Assembly (NCBI GenBank): GCA_965153455.1
Contig: OZ234493.1
Coordinates: 17,784,213 to 17,848,212 of the forward strand
DNA length: 64,000 bases
Source: Sphagnum compactum
Taxonomy: Eukaryota
Direction of reading: 5' to 3'
The notes beneath the pieces were generated by a model, which was given only the letters and a program-made list of their open reading frames with translations, searched no databases and was not told the DNA's origin. The position numbers were made by a program, and so were the translations under genes. The stretch's first letter is position 1; every line of letters starts with the position of its first letter. Positions 38,920-52,259 of the stretch are shown here, one piece after another.

Positions 38920-39515
38920 CCATCTTATAAGGATGTTCACCTCTCATAAGGATCCTGTACACCTAGGGGGGTGAGGAGACAATTGGTTGTGCCCATTATT
39001 GCAATTGAAAAATTGAATCAGCTGCAACAAGGATCTGCTAGCCTAATGCTAAAGAAATCTCACTGTACAACAACAACCATCAGTCTTTCTTCCTATCCTT
39101 GCGACCATGTGAAAACCAAACACCACCAGCATAGATAAGTTAACCAAAAGGTTCATATACTGTACAAGAATTGCCTCATCCCAGAATTGACAAATTTGCA
39201 GCTATATCAACCTTGTAGAAGGTTATGAAGTTTGTTTGGGTGAGAGTTACCAGGATGAAACCCTAAAGTATGAACCTTCTTCACCAACGACAAACATATC
39301 TAGAATGTGTACAAAATGGCAGATTTGCAGGCAAATAGGTATTCAAGCCCACCACCCTACATAGGTCTTCTTATTGCTGAGCAAAGTGAAGATACCAAGT
39401 TTCCTAAAAAGCAACCATAATCTAACTTACCTTTCAAATTTTGTTTTTGATACCACCACCCACATCTATCAGTTTTCACAAGCCAGACCATTTTCTTTTT
39501 GTACATTTGGATTGA

Positions 39516-40934
39516 TCATGGCACTAATTGCAGCATGTAAAGCTCTGCATCAAAATCCAGTCCTGCAGTGGCTGCTGGCATAATCTCCCCATCCACCATG
39601 CCCCCGAAAACAAGGATAGAATGACCTGAATCCAGTGCACAAGCTCCATGAAAGGACCGCTTACTTGGAGGTTGGCCCCATTGCTTCAGCTTCTTCCAGA
39701 ACCTACGAGCCAGTTTATTCCCAATGGAGTTGTCAGATCGTTGAGAGAAATTGGGGATGCATGATGAACTGCTACAGATCTGGACACCTGCACTTGGGTC
39801 AAGCACCCAAACATCCCCCTTGCGAAACCTTCGGGCATCCTCACCTCCATAGATCAATATTCTGCCGCCAAAAATCAGAGTTGCTGAGTGACCTGCACGT
39901 GGGACTGGAGCATCCTGTACAGGTTGAAGTTCACAAGCTCGCAGCTCTACCCAACTTGGGAAATCATCCTCCATGTCGAGAACCCAAACATCGTTCAAAA
40001 CCTCAAAGTGTGTCCCACGACCACCAAACAACACCATCCTCTTGCCTCCAATCCATGTAAGAGTGTGACCTGACCGAGGCATCGGTGCAACGGGAGTGAT
40101 CACCTCATGCCAAGTAGCTGGTGATTCCGCCAAATCCAACATCCATGTATCCCCTAGCCTTAAGCCATCCGAGCCAATCCCACCATAGATGACCACCTTC
40201 TTGTCACCTCCATAGCAACCTGAATGCGCACCCCGGGAAGGAGGTGATGAAACCACCTCCAACAATTGCCAGGAAGGGCTTCCATGGCCCGATATACCCA
40301 GATTCACCCATGTATCACATTGCCGCGTGCCCTTGTCATTGATTCCCCCAAACATCACCAAAGTTTCCTGCACAACGGTGCAACTCTGCCCAAATCTGCC
40401 TGAAGGGATTCCCACACAAATCTGTTGCCAACCAACACCATCACCGATTTGAGAAGGGAGAGGTGCAACCCAAGTATCATCAAGATGACGCCCACCTGCA
40501 CATCCTCCTCCATATACAGCAACCTTGCCTGCAACAGCGACCATGGAGTGCGACGCCCGTTGAGTCGGCCACAAATCCTCTTGATGAAACCTGTGCCAAG
40601 AAACAGCCTTCAAGAAGAGCATTTGACGATACACACGCTTCCATCCCCCTCTTTCTTTCCCAACTGCTGGCCATGCCTGCACTGCCATGCTTCCCCATTC
40701 ACGTGTACATATATAAGCCCACAGAGCATCTGTCTCTGCGAGCTGCCGGAATCTATGGCATGTTAGACCAAAGGAGATAACTGCTTGCACTGGCAAGTAG
40801 TACAGAATCGCCAGCACTTGATCTGATCCCAGCAAACTGAGCTCACTCGTTGCCGCTCCTCCTCCTCCTCCTCCTCCTCCTCTTCCGCATTCCGTTTCCT
40901 TCTCATTCTGTGACCACTTCATCACCATGTCCAT
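39516..40934 (-). CDS. F-box/kelch-repeat protein (At1g51550-like), intronless CDS, 472 aa
   Basis: N-terminal F-box LSLLGSDQVLAILYYLP...TCHRF...LW, followed by kelch repeats (RASHS..YGG, GRFGQS..FGG, RGAHS..YGG, RSGHT..FGG, RAGHS..YGG, RSFHG..FGG). Confidence 0.93.
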   Translation of the reverse strand: MDMVMKWSQNEKETECGRGGGGGGGGAATSELSLLGSDQVLAILYYLPVQAVISFGLTCHRFRQLAETDALWAYICTREWGSMAVQAWPAVGKERGGWKRVYRQMLFLKAVSWHRFHQEDLWPTQRASHSMVAVAGKVAVYGGGCAGGRHLDDTWVAPLPSQIGDGVGWQQICVGIPSGRFGQSCTVVQETLVMFGGINDKGTRQCDTWVNLGISGHGSPSWQLLEVVSSPPSRGAHSGCYGGDKKVVIYGGIGSDGLRLGDTWMLDLAESPATWHEVITPVAPMPRSGHTLTWIGGKRMVLFGGRGTHFEVLNDVWVLDMEDDFPSWVELRACELQPVQDAPVPRAGHSATLIFGGRILIYGGEDARRFRKGDVWVLDPSAGVQICSSSSCIPNFSQRSDNSIGNKLARRFWKKLKQWGQPPSKRSFHGACALDSGHSILVFGGMVDGEIMPAATAGLDFDAELYMLQLVP

Positions 40935-41269
40935 GCCTGATCATATCTCCACGCCACTAACCCTAAAAGATTCGCACTTGGATCTCGCTCACCGAAGGAA
41001 AGAAGACATCTGCCGGAGCCGCAGAGCCTTCTCCTTCAGGGAGGCAGGTAGGCAAGCAGAACACTGCCCCCGTCGTCGTTTCCTTACTGCTTGCTTGCTT
41101 CCGCGGCGTTCCTACCTCATCGTCTAACCCCTACTCGCTCGCCTTCACCCTGCAACTGTGCTCCTCGCGGAAACCCTAAACCGAACGTCCAAGAAACCCT
41201 TCTTGGACAGCAGCTCTTTCTTTTTAAAGGAGGAAAAATCAACGGGAAGCTTCACAGCAATTGCAGCCG

Positions 41270-41860
41270 AGGATGGATGAAGTTCTGTGTTCGTGGATGG
41301 ATGAAATTTGAATCATTAGGATGAAATTTGTTTTTTCCTGAGGAAAACAAGTATGAAGCAATCACAACAAGTATATTGCACCAAGGATGATGTTATGTGT
41401 CTGTATGGATTAAACTTCAATCATTTGGATGATTCCTTTTTCCCTGGAGGAAAACAAGTCTGAAGCAATCACAGCAATTATATTGCAGCCAAGGATGTTA
41501 TGTGTCCATGTATGGATGAAATTTCAATCACTTGGATGAAATTTATTTTAATTTCATGATTTGGATGAAATTCCTTTTTCTCTCAGGAAAATAACTGTGG
41601 AGCACCATGACAGCAAATTGCAGCCAAGGATGTGATGTGTCTGTGTATGGATGAAAATTGCAATCATTTGGTAGAAATTTTAATTTCTATGATTTGGATG
41701 AAACTTCTTTTTCACTGAGGAAAACAAGTGAAGCATCAGAGCAATGCCAAGGATGATATGTGTAGTTGAAGGATGAAAAAATTTAATGATTTGGGTGAAG
41801 TCTCTTTTTCACAGAGGAAATCAATGTGAAGCATCACATCAATGAGAAGGATGATATGTG
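41270..41860. repeat. Degenerate ~110-140-bp tandem repeat upstream of the F-box gene
   Basis: About five recurrences of GGATGAAA...TTTTT..GAGGAAAACAAG.GTGAAGCA.TCAC...CCAAGGATGA. Confidence 0.75.
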
Positions 41861-42149
41861 TCAAGTATAACTACATGTACTACATACCATTTTACTATAA
41901 CTGTTGGAGCTGCTCCAAGGTAGCATGATTATCATTGAAAGTTAAAAACACACTTTATGTAATAGAGTTATCCGTAAAGTCACCCTCTCTTCACACGGTC
42001 TTTGGGCCTGCTTTCACTCCCTATCATCAAAACGCTGTAAAGCTTTATTTATAAAACACACCACATATTCGAAAAATGTACATAGATATTAAAAACAAGG
42101 GATACTATAGAGTGCATCGAGTTAGTATAAACTAGATGTCAAAAACTTT

Positions 42150-42300
42150 GCATCTCAACAACCAACGGCTTGTAATAGGTCAACCCTGGCAGTGGAAGGT
42201 GTGTCATGAAGATCGAGAAATTCTTTGATGAAAAAAGTAACCAAGATAGAAAGGGAAGGTCCCTCTGGCGCTTTTAGTGGTATCCACAAGGTAATGAAAG
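42150..42300 (-). mobile_element. Second non-LTR retrotransposon 3' fragment (tentative)
   Basis: Minus strand reads WIPLKAPEGPSLSILVTF(F)HQRIS, like the C-terminal segment at 30290-30660. Confidence 0.3.
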
Positions 42301-43759
42301 TTTATTAAAACACAATATGAAATGCTGAAACTGAGCATTAAATGCAGAAGGTTCGAAACTAATTATAATATTTGTACAGGTAGGAGCAGTGAAAATATAT
42401 GTAGCAGTAGTGGAGGCGCTCAGGAAAAAGGAAAGACAGGATGAAACTCAGTTTACCACCAAAATTGCTAGGAAAAACTAGTCTGGGTCCAGTTATTTCA
42501 TTTTGTCGAATTTTCATTCCCAGTTACAGGCTTGGTGGTAACTTGAACCCACTTGCAAGGTGGGTAAAGGTTCCCATTTGCTTGGATTATTGGTTTGTTG
42601 TTGTGGTTTGGCCATATCATGTGGGTTTGAATAGTTTGTATAGTTTGATTAAATGATTGTGAAGTTTGATTACAAATGTTTTTGGAAAATGCATGCCTTG
42701 TGATAATATACATATTATATAATAAATTTAATCTAAGATAGATGTCAAAGTTTTAGTCCATGAATTGTGGTCATGAGTATGTTTTAAGTGGGCTTAATAT
42801 GCTTATAAACCATTGTGAAGGTCAAAAATCAAAATGTTAACATTATAAGTATGTGGTTAGATTTGCTCTAGCAACTACTGAAAAAGGCTTTGAATGTCAC
42901 TTTTTGCAAGAACCTTCCACCATTGTGGCATGAAAATAAAATTCCTTCGTACCGAAATCTTACTAACGATTTCAAACCTTTGGCCATGAGAAATTAATGC
43001 TTTTGGGTGGCTAGTCATAGTTGTAAAAAATAAGTTGATTATTGTTAATTCATTGGTCATCATGATTGGTCCATGTGTCAATTTTATTATTAACTGACAA
43101 AAATAGAATGCAAACTATACTGTTTATGGGTGGGGGAGGAGCAAACACTTACATTAAAAATGTATTTTATAGTGATAGCAAATGGTATCTAGTGAAAATG
43201 CAAGAGAAGCTTTTAAAGCATGCCCAATATAGGCTCAACAAATTGATGCACACTATTGCAATATTGCAAACTTGATGAGTGAAAGATAGTTGTGGCCATG
43301 GTAGATGGTGGCGGGTGGGTAGATAAGCCCAATAGTAAGTACATGACCTACAATTCCATTGGCAATGAATCTCAAGAGGGCAACTACATTGGCACCTATT
43401 AACAATTGGTTTGACACTCCAACTTGGTCGTGGCCTTTGTTGTAGAACTTCAAAACATCCCAATTCGCTCTTTTCACCATAACCAACCACTTGTTCTTGC
43501 CCATGCTACTCACTTTGTATTTCTAATATTCATTTTTACTACTTGTTGTTTGATTATTAAAAACGATGGTAGATGCTCAAAGGAAAAATATGACTCAAAT
43601 TGAAACCGACTTGAATGGGTATGACTTTGATGAGGATTTGTTTTTGGACTTACTTATGACCAAATGAAAGCAAACATTGAAAAAAAAGAGCTTGCTCCAA
43701 AATGAGGTGGTTTCACAATTGGCATATTACATCAATTTGATTTACAAAAGTAGATGGAC

Positions 43760-43945
43760 ATTAATGTTACTAGAGGGTTTTTGAGGAGGTTTGCTTTGAT
43801 CAATTGTATGCATTGGGATGGAAAAAATTGCCTTGTAGGTTGGCAATGTCAATACAAAGACACAAATGGTAAAATGAACATCATATTGGAAGTAGTTGTT
43901 AATCAATCATTAGGGATTTAGCATTTTTAGAATGTCAAAGGGAAT
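43760..43945 (+). mobile_element. PIF/Harbinger transposase fragment
   Basis: RGFLRRFALINCMHWDGKNCLVGWQCQYKDTNGKMNIILEVVVNQSL matches the plant Harbinger motif RGFPGMLGSIDCMHWxWKNCPxAWxGQYxG...TIILEAVA. Confidence 0.75.
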
Positions 43946-44494
43946 TCTATTTATTGATGGTTGTGCATTGCAAGGATGTTGAATGCAATATAGTGAGTCA
44001 TAGCCTCCAAGTTGTGTTGGAACAAGGAATTGAATGAATATTGATCTTGAGATTTTGTTGATTTGAAACCAACCATTTCCAATTCATCTTCAAATAAGGC
44101 ATCAATGCTGAAAAAGCTAGTGTGAAAAGGACAACACTAGGATCAAATTAGCAAATGGTAACATAGACACTTATTTCGACATATAAATCACATACAACAT
44201 TGTTTCATTTGTGAAGAACAACCCACATTGAATTCATGATCACATATGATCCATTTCAAAGAATAAGTTTCACACATAAATGAATGAAGCACCATGCATT
44301 TGAGGAAAACAATTATGCAATAGAAATGTACTTCCATTCCATTGCAAGAATACACATTACATGAAAAAGTTATCATTCAAGGTTAATGCCTATCGGTGAA
44401 TCATTTGTGAACCTTGTCACATAGTACACATTTTCTATTATTGGGTTATTTTTTGCATCTTCATTTAAGGCTTGGACAAAAGGTTGTTACATTA

Positions 44495-44788
44495 CTGTAG
44501 TACCTTTACCATTTTGGCATAAATTAAATTGTTTTTTTTGTTTTCATGAGCTTTCAAAAAGTTGAATTATCAGGCTTTGAATTGCAAACCTTCCATGTCA
44601 GTGATTTAAAACTGAGGCAATCTAGAGACACTAAATTGTTCCATGACATTGACATGACCTTATTTATTATTTTGTAAAACCATTACCTACTGAAAATTTC
44701 AGAATTCAAAAACCAAGTGCTGAAGTCAAGATTTCAAATTTAATTAATTATTCGACAATTTGTTACCAAAATGGTAAAGGTACTATGG
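44495..44788. mobile_element. Tc1/mariner-type MITE, copy 1
   Basis: Perfect 20-bp TIR core TAGTACCTTTACCATTTTGG / CCAAAATGGTAAAGGTACTA, with TA on both flanks. Confidence 0.85.
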
Positions 44789-45644
44789 TATCAAAGCCTA
44801 GGGTGTTTAATGCTTGAACTTAAAGTTATTAGTGCATTTGGATGTGTGTAAGGAATGGTGGGCATTAGAGCAAGGGTGGGTGGCATTGAAGCTATAATAA
44901 TAATGGTAATAAAAGTTACATTTTTTATGGCAAGGTGACAACGTTGAATATTTGTTAGTAGCTCCTCCCTTCACAATAGTAATTAATTCACACACATCAT
45001 TTCCTATTGTTATACATAAAGTGGCATTGAAAACAACCACAAAACCAATTGATTTGAAAGGAACTTAACCTTTAAAAAACACGTTTTGGCAATATCTAGT
45101 GTTGCCTATGCTTGCACCCTTGTTGAACACTTTCTACTACCTGCAATTTGAAGTAATCCTTCATTGTTTGACTATACTGATTGGCATGTTGTGTGAAATT
45201 CATGGCAACAAATTTTTGGTCCATTCTCCATATCCAAATGGTCTATCTTGCCCCCTTGTGCACCTCTTGTAATTATATCTGACCATGTAGATGTGAGATC
45301 AATTGTTGTTCTTTTGTTTTTAACTACCTTTGATTTTGTCTTGATTTGGTTTTTCACATCACTCCATGCAAGGTTTTGCTTATAACCTTGCATGCATTTT
45401 GAGATGCATCTACCCACTTTGACACATCTTACAAAACCAACTAGCAATGAGAATGATGAAATCAAGTTTCTTTAGGGATTTTTGACACAATACAATTTGA
45501 AGGTGCATTGCAAATTGTCATTTAGACTTGATTTAGATTCCTTCACATTCAAAACTTATTAGTACATTCATCCCCATTTTGTTTTTAGAGATCTTGTGGG
45601 CTTAGGACCACACCCAATTGGGATATGGGAGCAAACATATTAAA

Positions 45645-46165
45645 ATGAGCCACATGGTGTGTGGATAATGTTTAAAATTATAATTTTGCATCTTTGAAAA
45701 ATCACAAAGGAGACATAATAAAATGATTGTTGATTTTTTTTCCTTTTTAGGTTCCATTAGTTGCAAAGTTTTAATGTTCAAAACTTGATGCAAGTTGATG
45801 ATGTTTCAAGAGTCCTTTTGCATGTTCAAAACAAATAATTTGGACAATGGTTTTTTCTCAAATGTTTTTTTCCATTATGAAAATTTTCCTTCTCACAATT
45901 GGATAGGATCTTAATATTGATGATTAAGAAAACAAAAGCACTTGAAATTGGCGAAATTCATTTAAAAACACATTTGAGTGCATGTGCTTCTTTAACAAAA
46001 AAAATCTATTTTATACTATTCAAAACATTACAAAATATGTAATATAGACTAAGATATAGTTTTTAAAAAAAATCTAGCACACAATTGTAAACTAGGTTTG
46101 AAAAATATAAAAATAATTAAAATAATCCAACACAAGAATGCCAAGTGTCAAATGTAGTCCTTGGA
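45645..46165. mobile_element. hAT-associated subterminal repeat, diverged copy
   Basis: Aligns with 48355-48990 and 63045-63613; ends TGTAGTCCTTGG. Confidence 0.6.
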
Positions 46166-47519
46166 AAGGGTTCCAAGACCTTGATGTCCTACCTCTTTTT
46201 AGTGTGTTTGCAATCATATGCACATTTTAATAAACTCCAACTCTTTCCCAAAATTCAACAAACTTTTGGTTGTTCAATCTTCATGTAACGTGAAATAACC
46301 AAGTATGAGTGATATAGTTGATGTTTTTTATTATCAACAAAATACTTGTCATTTGTTCCTTATGATCTAGCTTGAATGGACAATGGTGTGACAACAAAGG
46401 GGGACACACATTGTAGAAAAATGCAATAAACAAGCGACATGAGGCTTAATGTGATGTTCAATAAAGTCCCTCATTCCATCACACCAAAGGATTGTTGGCA
46501 ACTGGATTGTATGGTGGTGTGGGAGATTCAAATTAGTTCACCAAATTTATTATAAACGGAAAACAAGATGGAGGTATTTTGTGTGCACTTGGGAATTTGA
46601 GGTGATAGGTTACATTGTTTGGGAAACATACTCTGCACCAAAATCCCTGACTATTTTATTTTGAAGTTGGTGTTCCAATTTTTGGTATTGCTAAGCAACA
46701 TGTTTTTAAATCACCTGTATTTAATATTGTCAAGTTAATTAATTTATTGATAGATAATTATTTTAGAGTTACAAAAAGGTGAAACTTGGGGATTGATGAT
46801 GGATTGTACATGCAAACAAAAGTTCAACAAGAGGATTGAACATCGCATAATTCATTTATGGACAACTTTAAGGAGGTCATCATTTATGGTAAGGTATACC
46901 ATTTATTTTTTTTCATGCTTGCTTTATGGAGTGGCGATTTTTTCATAAGTTTTTGTTGTTGGATAAGTATGATGTAAACCAATGCTGAAGGAACATTGAA
47001 CCTCATTTGGAAATTGATAGTTAGGATGATTAAATTGATTGGTTTTCCAAGTCATCCATTTAAAGGATGATAAGGACCTTGTTTCGGGAAGAACATGATG
47101 ACACACCTTGTTTTCATTTTGAAAAGGATCATTTTTTTCTAATTTTTCACAAGTAAGTTGTGAATCCTAAATTTTCCCTAAATTTATGTTGTTCCACTTG
47201 TTTTTTGTCATCATTAACACTTTGTTAAAATGTTTTCCCATTACACATATCATGAACTTTTGGTTACAAATAGATATATACATATTAAAAAAATTATTAT
47301 CTATTCGTAGGTGTTGATTTGGTCTAGTTTTGACCTTAGATGTATGAAATACATTTGTACAATGTTAAGTGCTTAGATCAAGTTCTGACTGTTACAATGA
47401 TTTCAAAATGTTTGTTTCCAAAGTGGTAGTATCATTTGTAGTTTTTCAACATCTTTTAATCAATAAAGGTGGTTCCTTTTCAAGATTAAATAAATAATGA
47501 AAATGAATTGTTGCAAATA

Positions 47520-47819
47520 CCATGCTACCTTTACCATTTTGGTAATAGATTGTTGAATAATAAATTAAATTTTAAATCTTAATTTCAGCACCTAGTTTTT
47601 AATTCTGAAAATTTTGGTAGGTAATGGTTATAGATAATAATAAACAAAATATACTTAGTGTTATGGAACAATTTAGTTGCTATCCTTGGAGGTTTGGGGG
47701 TTCAAACCCTGACAGTGAAATTTTTGATTTTATTAAAATTTCGGCACAAATAAGAAATACTTTTTCAAAACTTTGAATAAAAAAATTTGATTTATGCTGA
47801 AATGGTAAAGGTACTATGG
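47520..47819. mobile_element. Tc1/mariner-type MITE, copy 2 (inverted relative to 44495-44788)
   Basis: TA|CCATGCTACCTTTACCATTTTGG ... AAATGGTAAAGGTACTATGG|TA. Confidence 0.85.
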
Positions 47820-48072
47820 TATGTGATTCATAATGTAGCATACATATTTCCATGGATGGAGGCAATATAATTGCATAACATAGTAGTCAAACTCCATCAA
47901 GATTGCCAGATCTTTAGATTTGGGATGTAGGTAGTTGCAAGGGAAAAAACATTCCTTTGAGTAGGAGTGTTTTGGACTTTAGTGCAACTAAACACTTAAA
48001 TTATATTAGTACAACATGCTCAAGTGTCTTCAACCTTTTGACAGTAGTGTATCCATGATAGATAATGTAAAC

Positions 48073-48192
48073 AACCCTAACAATGAAAATTTTAATTTGA
48101 TTAAAATTTCGGCACAAATAAGAAATAAATTTTCAAGAAATTTCATAAATTTTAAAAAAATAATTTATGCTGGAATGGTAAAGGTACTATGG
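48073..48192. mobile_element. Truncated third copy of the same MITE
   Basis: ATTAAAATTTCGGCACAAATAAGAAATA...AATGGTAAAGGTACTATGG|TA, shared with 47705-47819. Confidence 0.75.
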
Positions 48193-48354
48193 TATTTAAA
48201 ACATAAGGTTCATCTAATAAAACATTAGGGCACAAGTTTGATTTCTCTTTATCCTAATTGCAATATGGTCCACTCTTATTATCTTTTATGTGATTTGAAA
48301 TTATGTTTTTTATTTTTGATAATTGATAATGTTTTTTTGTTGGTGGGTAAAATG

Positions 48355-48990
48355 ATAATCAAAGGAGCCACCCAAGTGAATGGACACTCCTTAAAATTGC
48401 ATTTTTGTATGTTTGAAAGATCACAAAGGAAACATAATAATTTGGATTGTCATAATGTTTTTTGGAATATTTTTTAGTAGTTGCAAAGTTTACATGTTCA
48501 AAACTTGACAAAAATTAAAAATGTTTTTGCATATTTAAAACACTCAAAGCTCGAAAGTGGACAAATGCCTTTGTTTTTTTCAAACGTCCTTTTTTCCTAC
48601 CAAATGTGCACTATTCCTTTTGAAAAGTGGAGAGGATTTAACATTGATAATTAGAAGGGCAAAAGGACTTGAATTGATGAATTTTTTTTTTATAACCCAT
48701 TCAAACACATTTGGTAGAAACATTTGGTTTAAAAGTGTTTTCGAGTTTGAAAATTGTGGATTTTAAAAATGTGGCTTCAACAAAGTTAGTCATATATATG
48801 TGATAGAAGGCATGAATGCATAATATACATGATATAAAATCAATTCGTAGTCAAAATGTATTTATATTTAAAATGTAATGTTAAATTGGGTATCCGAAAT
48901 ACAAAATTTAAAGTTATAGACCAACACACAAATGACATGTGTCATGTGTAGTCCTTGGAAAATGACACATGTCATGTGTAGTCCTTGGAA
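48355..48990. mobile_element. hAT-associated subterminal repeat (direct copy of 63045-63613)
   Basis: Long alignment including CCTACCAAATGTG, GCAAAAGGACTTGAATTGATGAATT and GGCATGAATGCATAATATACATGATATAAAAT. The terminal 30-bp unit is duplicated. Confidence 0.8.
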
Positions 48991-51900
48991 ATGACACGCC
49001 CCTAGCTCCTTTGACCGTGATCTCATCCTAGTGTTACAAGGTTTTTCCTTCAAATAATGCTCCCAAGACCGAAGTTACTTATGAATGCCCATATAAATTA
49101 TCTTTCAATGCCCACCCACATAATTCATTTGACATCATGTCTTTTAAAATCAACCATTTTCAAATGTTTTTTGGATGTAAAAGGGTTATGGATTTTGGGG
49201 ATTTTCCCACTACAACAAAACATGTTTTTTTATGTTGGCTTTTGTATCACAACAAACAATTGACGAATTAGGTTTGAACAAAATGAATCAAATGATTTCA
49301 AACAACAGTTTGATTGAAGCAATTGATATGCTAAATGATGTGTTTAATGCCACATATCGTATTTGTTATGACCAAAAATATGATTAATATTACTATTGAA
49401 TAGTTATTTGACATGACTAAGATTTTTTGTATGGCATTATTAATTTTGAAAAATAATGAATTATAATCAATTTGTCAATTTTGATTGGTACACATGGAAG
49501 CCAACGATTTGACCATGTGGCTTACCTATTTAAATATTTAGTTTCAACCTACCTAATAATCCAATAAAACATTAAGACCTACCTACCTACTTACATAGGT
49601 ACCAAGTAGGTAAGTATTTACCGTGCATACCTACTCTTTCTTTTGGGGTAAATACTTTGAGTAGGATGTAGCATGTAATTGATTATAAATCTACCTACCT
49701 ACTTACCTATTTGTTACCTACCAATGTAGGTAGGTATGTACCAACTTACATACTTACATATATATTTGGAAAGTATTTGGAGTATGTAGGTACTTACATA
49801 CATAAGTACTTACATAACAACAGAGGTGCTTCATATAAGTAGGTTGGTATTTCCCCATGTGAGTACCTACGTACATAGGTTGTTACTTATCTACATAGGG
49901 GGCATCACAACATAACATTATAGTCATGTGTATGAATGACTTATTTCAATCACATTAGTCAAAGTTTGGAATCCATGTAAACAATGAATCTACCATGTGT
50001 ATAACATTATGTTTGATTTGACTAAATACCTAGTTGTAGTTAGTCACAATAGATAGACCTACTTTTCATTTTAGTCAAAATAGATGTAGTTAGTCATTTC
50101 GGTCAAAATGAAAATGATTTAGTAAACTTGATTATATAATTAATCATAATATTAGTAGCAAAGAAAACTTGGTTTTATCGTAATGACCTCAACTTTGTTT
50201 AGAGCATTTTAGGTTCAACTTATCAACCTTTCTTTTGCTCAATGTTGTAGATTATTGAGGACAATTTTACCATGGTAATTCACATTTTGATTCGATCATT
50301 CTTCTATTGTTCATAAAACATTTGAATTGTGCTATCAATAATGTTTTAAGTGTCATTGAAAATTTATCCTTTTTAGGGACTTGACAATTATCATTAATTT
50401 GTTTGAACAAAAGGTTGAAAGCATGGTAAAATAACAAAAAAAGAGTAAAAACATTAGTTTTATCTTGTGTCATGCATATGAAAACAATAAAATAACATTG
50501 GAATGGGTGGAAGTATGATAAAAAATCTTTATGCCTTCTGTTACATTTATGAAACTTTACTTTCACAACATTATGATAAGTCATAAATAAGTTTAAAAAA
50601 TAAATAAGTATCCCAAGAAATGAATGATAATAAATTTATGTTTAGTGAACCTTGAACACAAAATATTCAATGAAATATTTTCATATTAAATAAAAAAACT
50701 AAAAAGTTGTATTATTGAGCATACCGTCAAATATAAATTCTACTTTTTATTTGTCAGAACATACTTAATATTTATTAGTCAACAATACAAAAAATGGACT
50801 TAAAATGTTCTTGCATTTCAAACAACTAGGTTATTTTTTATTAAAATTAAAAAAAAATTAAAATTGATTCATAATAATGAATAATTATATATTATCAAAT
50901 AAAAATATTCAATGTATAATAATTGTATGATGGGTTTTGTTTCTATTTTACATCTATTTGCATTCAACATTGACAAGACATTTTTTTCACTTGTTTTTAT
51001 TGTGTTTGATACTAATTAAAATTACTAGGTGTAAATCAAAATGTTTTGCAATAGGTAGAACATTTATTAATCAAAATATATTAATGTAGTAGGTAAAACA
51101 TTTGCTAGTCACATGATGCACCCAAAGGTTTGTTGTGTGGTATGAGGGGTAAACATTTTTCTGGTTTTGAAATGGAATGCAAACCTAGGACATGTTCCCT
51201 AGCTTTCACAAAAAGGGAAGGCATGGGAGCTTTGGGATGGGATTAACACAAGTTCACAAAATTAAACTCAAGATGAAATCAATTTGCACAAATCCAAAAA
51301 GGTGGTTAATGCAAATTGGAATCAAAATGGTGCATAAACAAGTCACAAAAGACACATTTACATGACTCATCGTGATTCGACCCTTGAAAGGAGTCACCCT
51401 TGCCTCCTTATAGTATCATACATTTGGGTCAAAATGGCACCTAGGTGCCAAATTAACCATTTTTTGGGATTTGGAAACTTTTGGCACATGGGAATGTTTT
51501 TTTGAGTTTTTGGCAAATGTGACATAAAATGTTTTAGCATTCTTCCGTAACTTTCTCTTAGACCTGATTACTTTTGGTGATAGCTATAGAACATGACAAA
51601 ATTGATGGGGTCATTGAGTACCTTCAATTATTTTTTGTTGGTAGACCTATTCAACATGTTAAATGGCACACATGTGTTTTGTTGTTTAGAGTACTTTTTG
51701 GATATGAAGATTTAAAAACCCATTATCATTTGTGATTACTAGGGCATGAAGATAAGTTATGTGGATTTAATTTGGTAGAATTCTATTGGTTTTTGTTTCC
51801 TTAAAGCGTGGAAGGGAGGTCTTAAAAGATGTGAAGGGGTTTCAACAGCAAGATAGGAAAATAGGTTGTCCATTTTTTAATTTGTTTTTTAAGCTTGGTG

Positions 51901-52259
51901 TCCCATTAACATCAAATTTATATCAAAAGAGAGAAAATTCAACAAGTGGCGACTATTTTAGAATTACCCTATGTGATAATGCACGGGAGGGTGCAAAGCC
52001 CTATGGCTTTTCAAACCTAAATTACTTTCTTCAAAAGCCATTCAATTTCATCAATGTTGAAATTTATAACTTCAACAAATTTCTTGAGAATTTCACAAAA
52101 TCATGCACAGTATACACAAATGTTTCTCATATATTTGGACACTATAATCTTATCTTATAGAAAATTTCAAACACTTTGGTTTTTAATCAATTATATACAA
52201 AATTAACTCACACATAATGTATATTTTATAGATGAGGATAGGGATTACATCGAAGTGAC

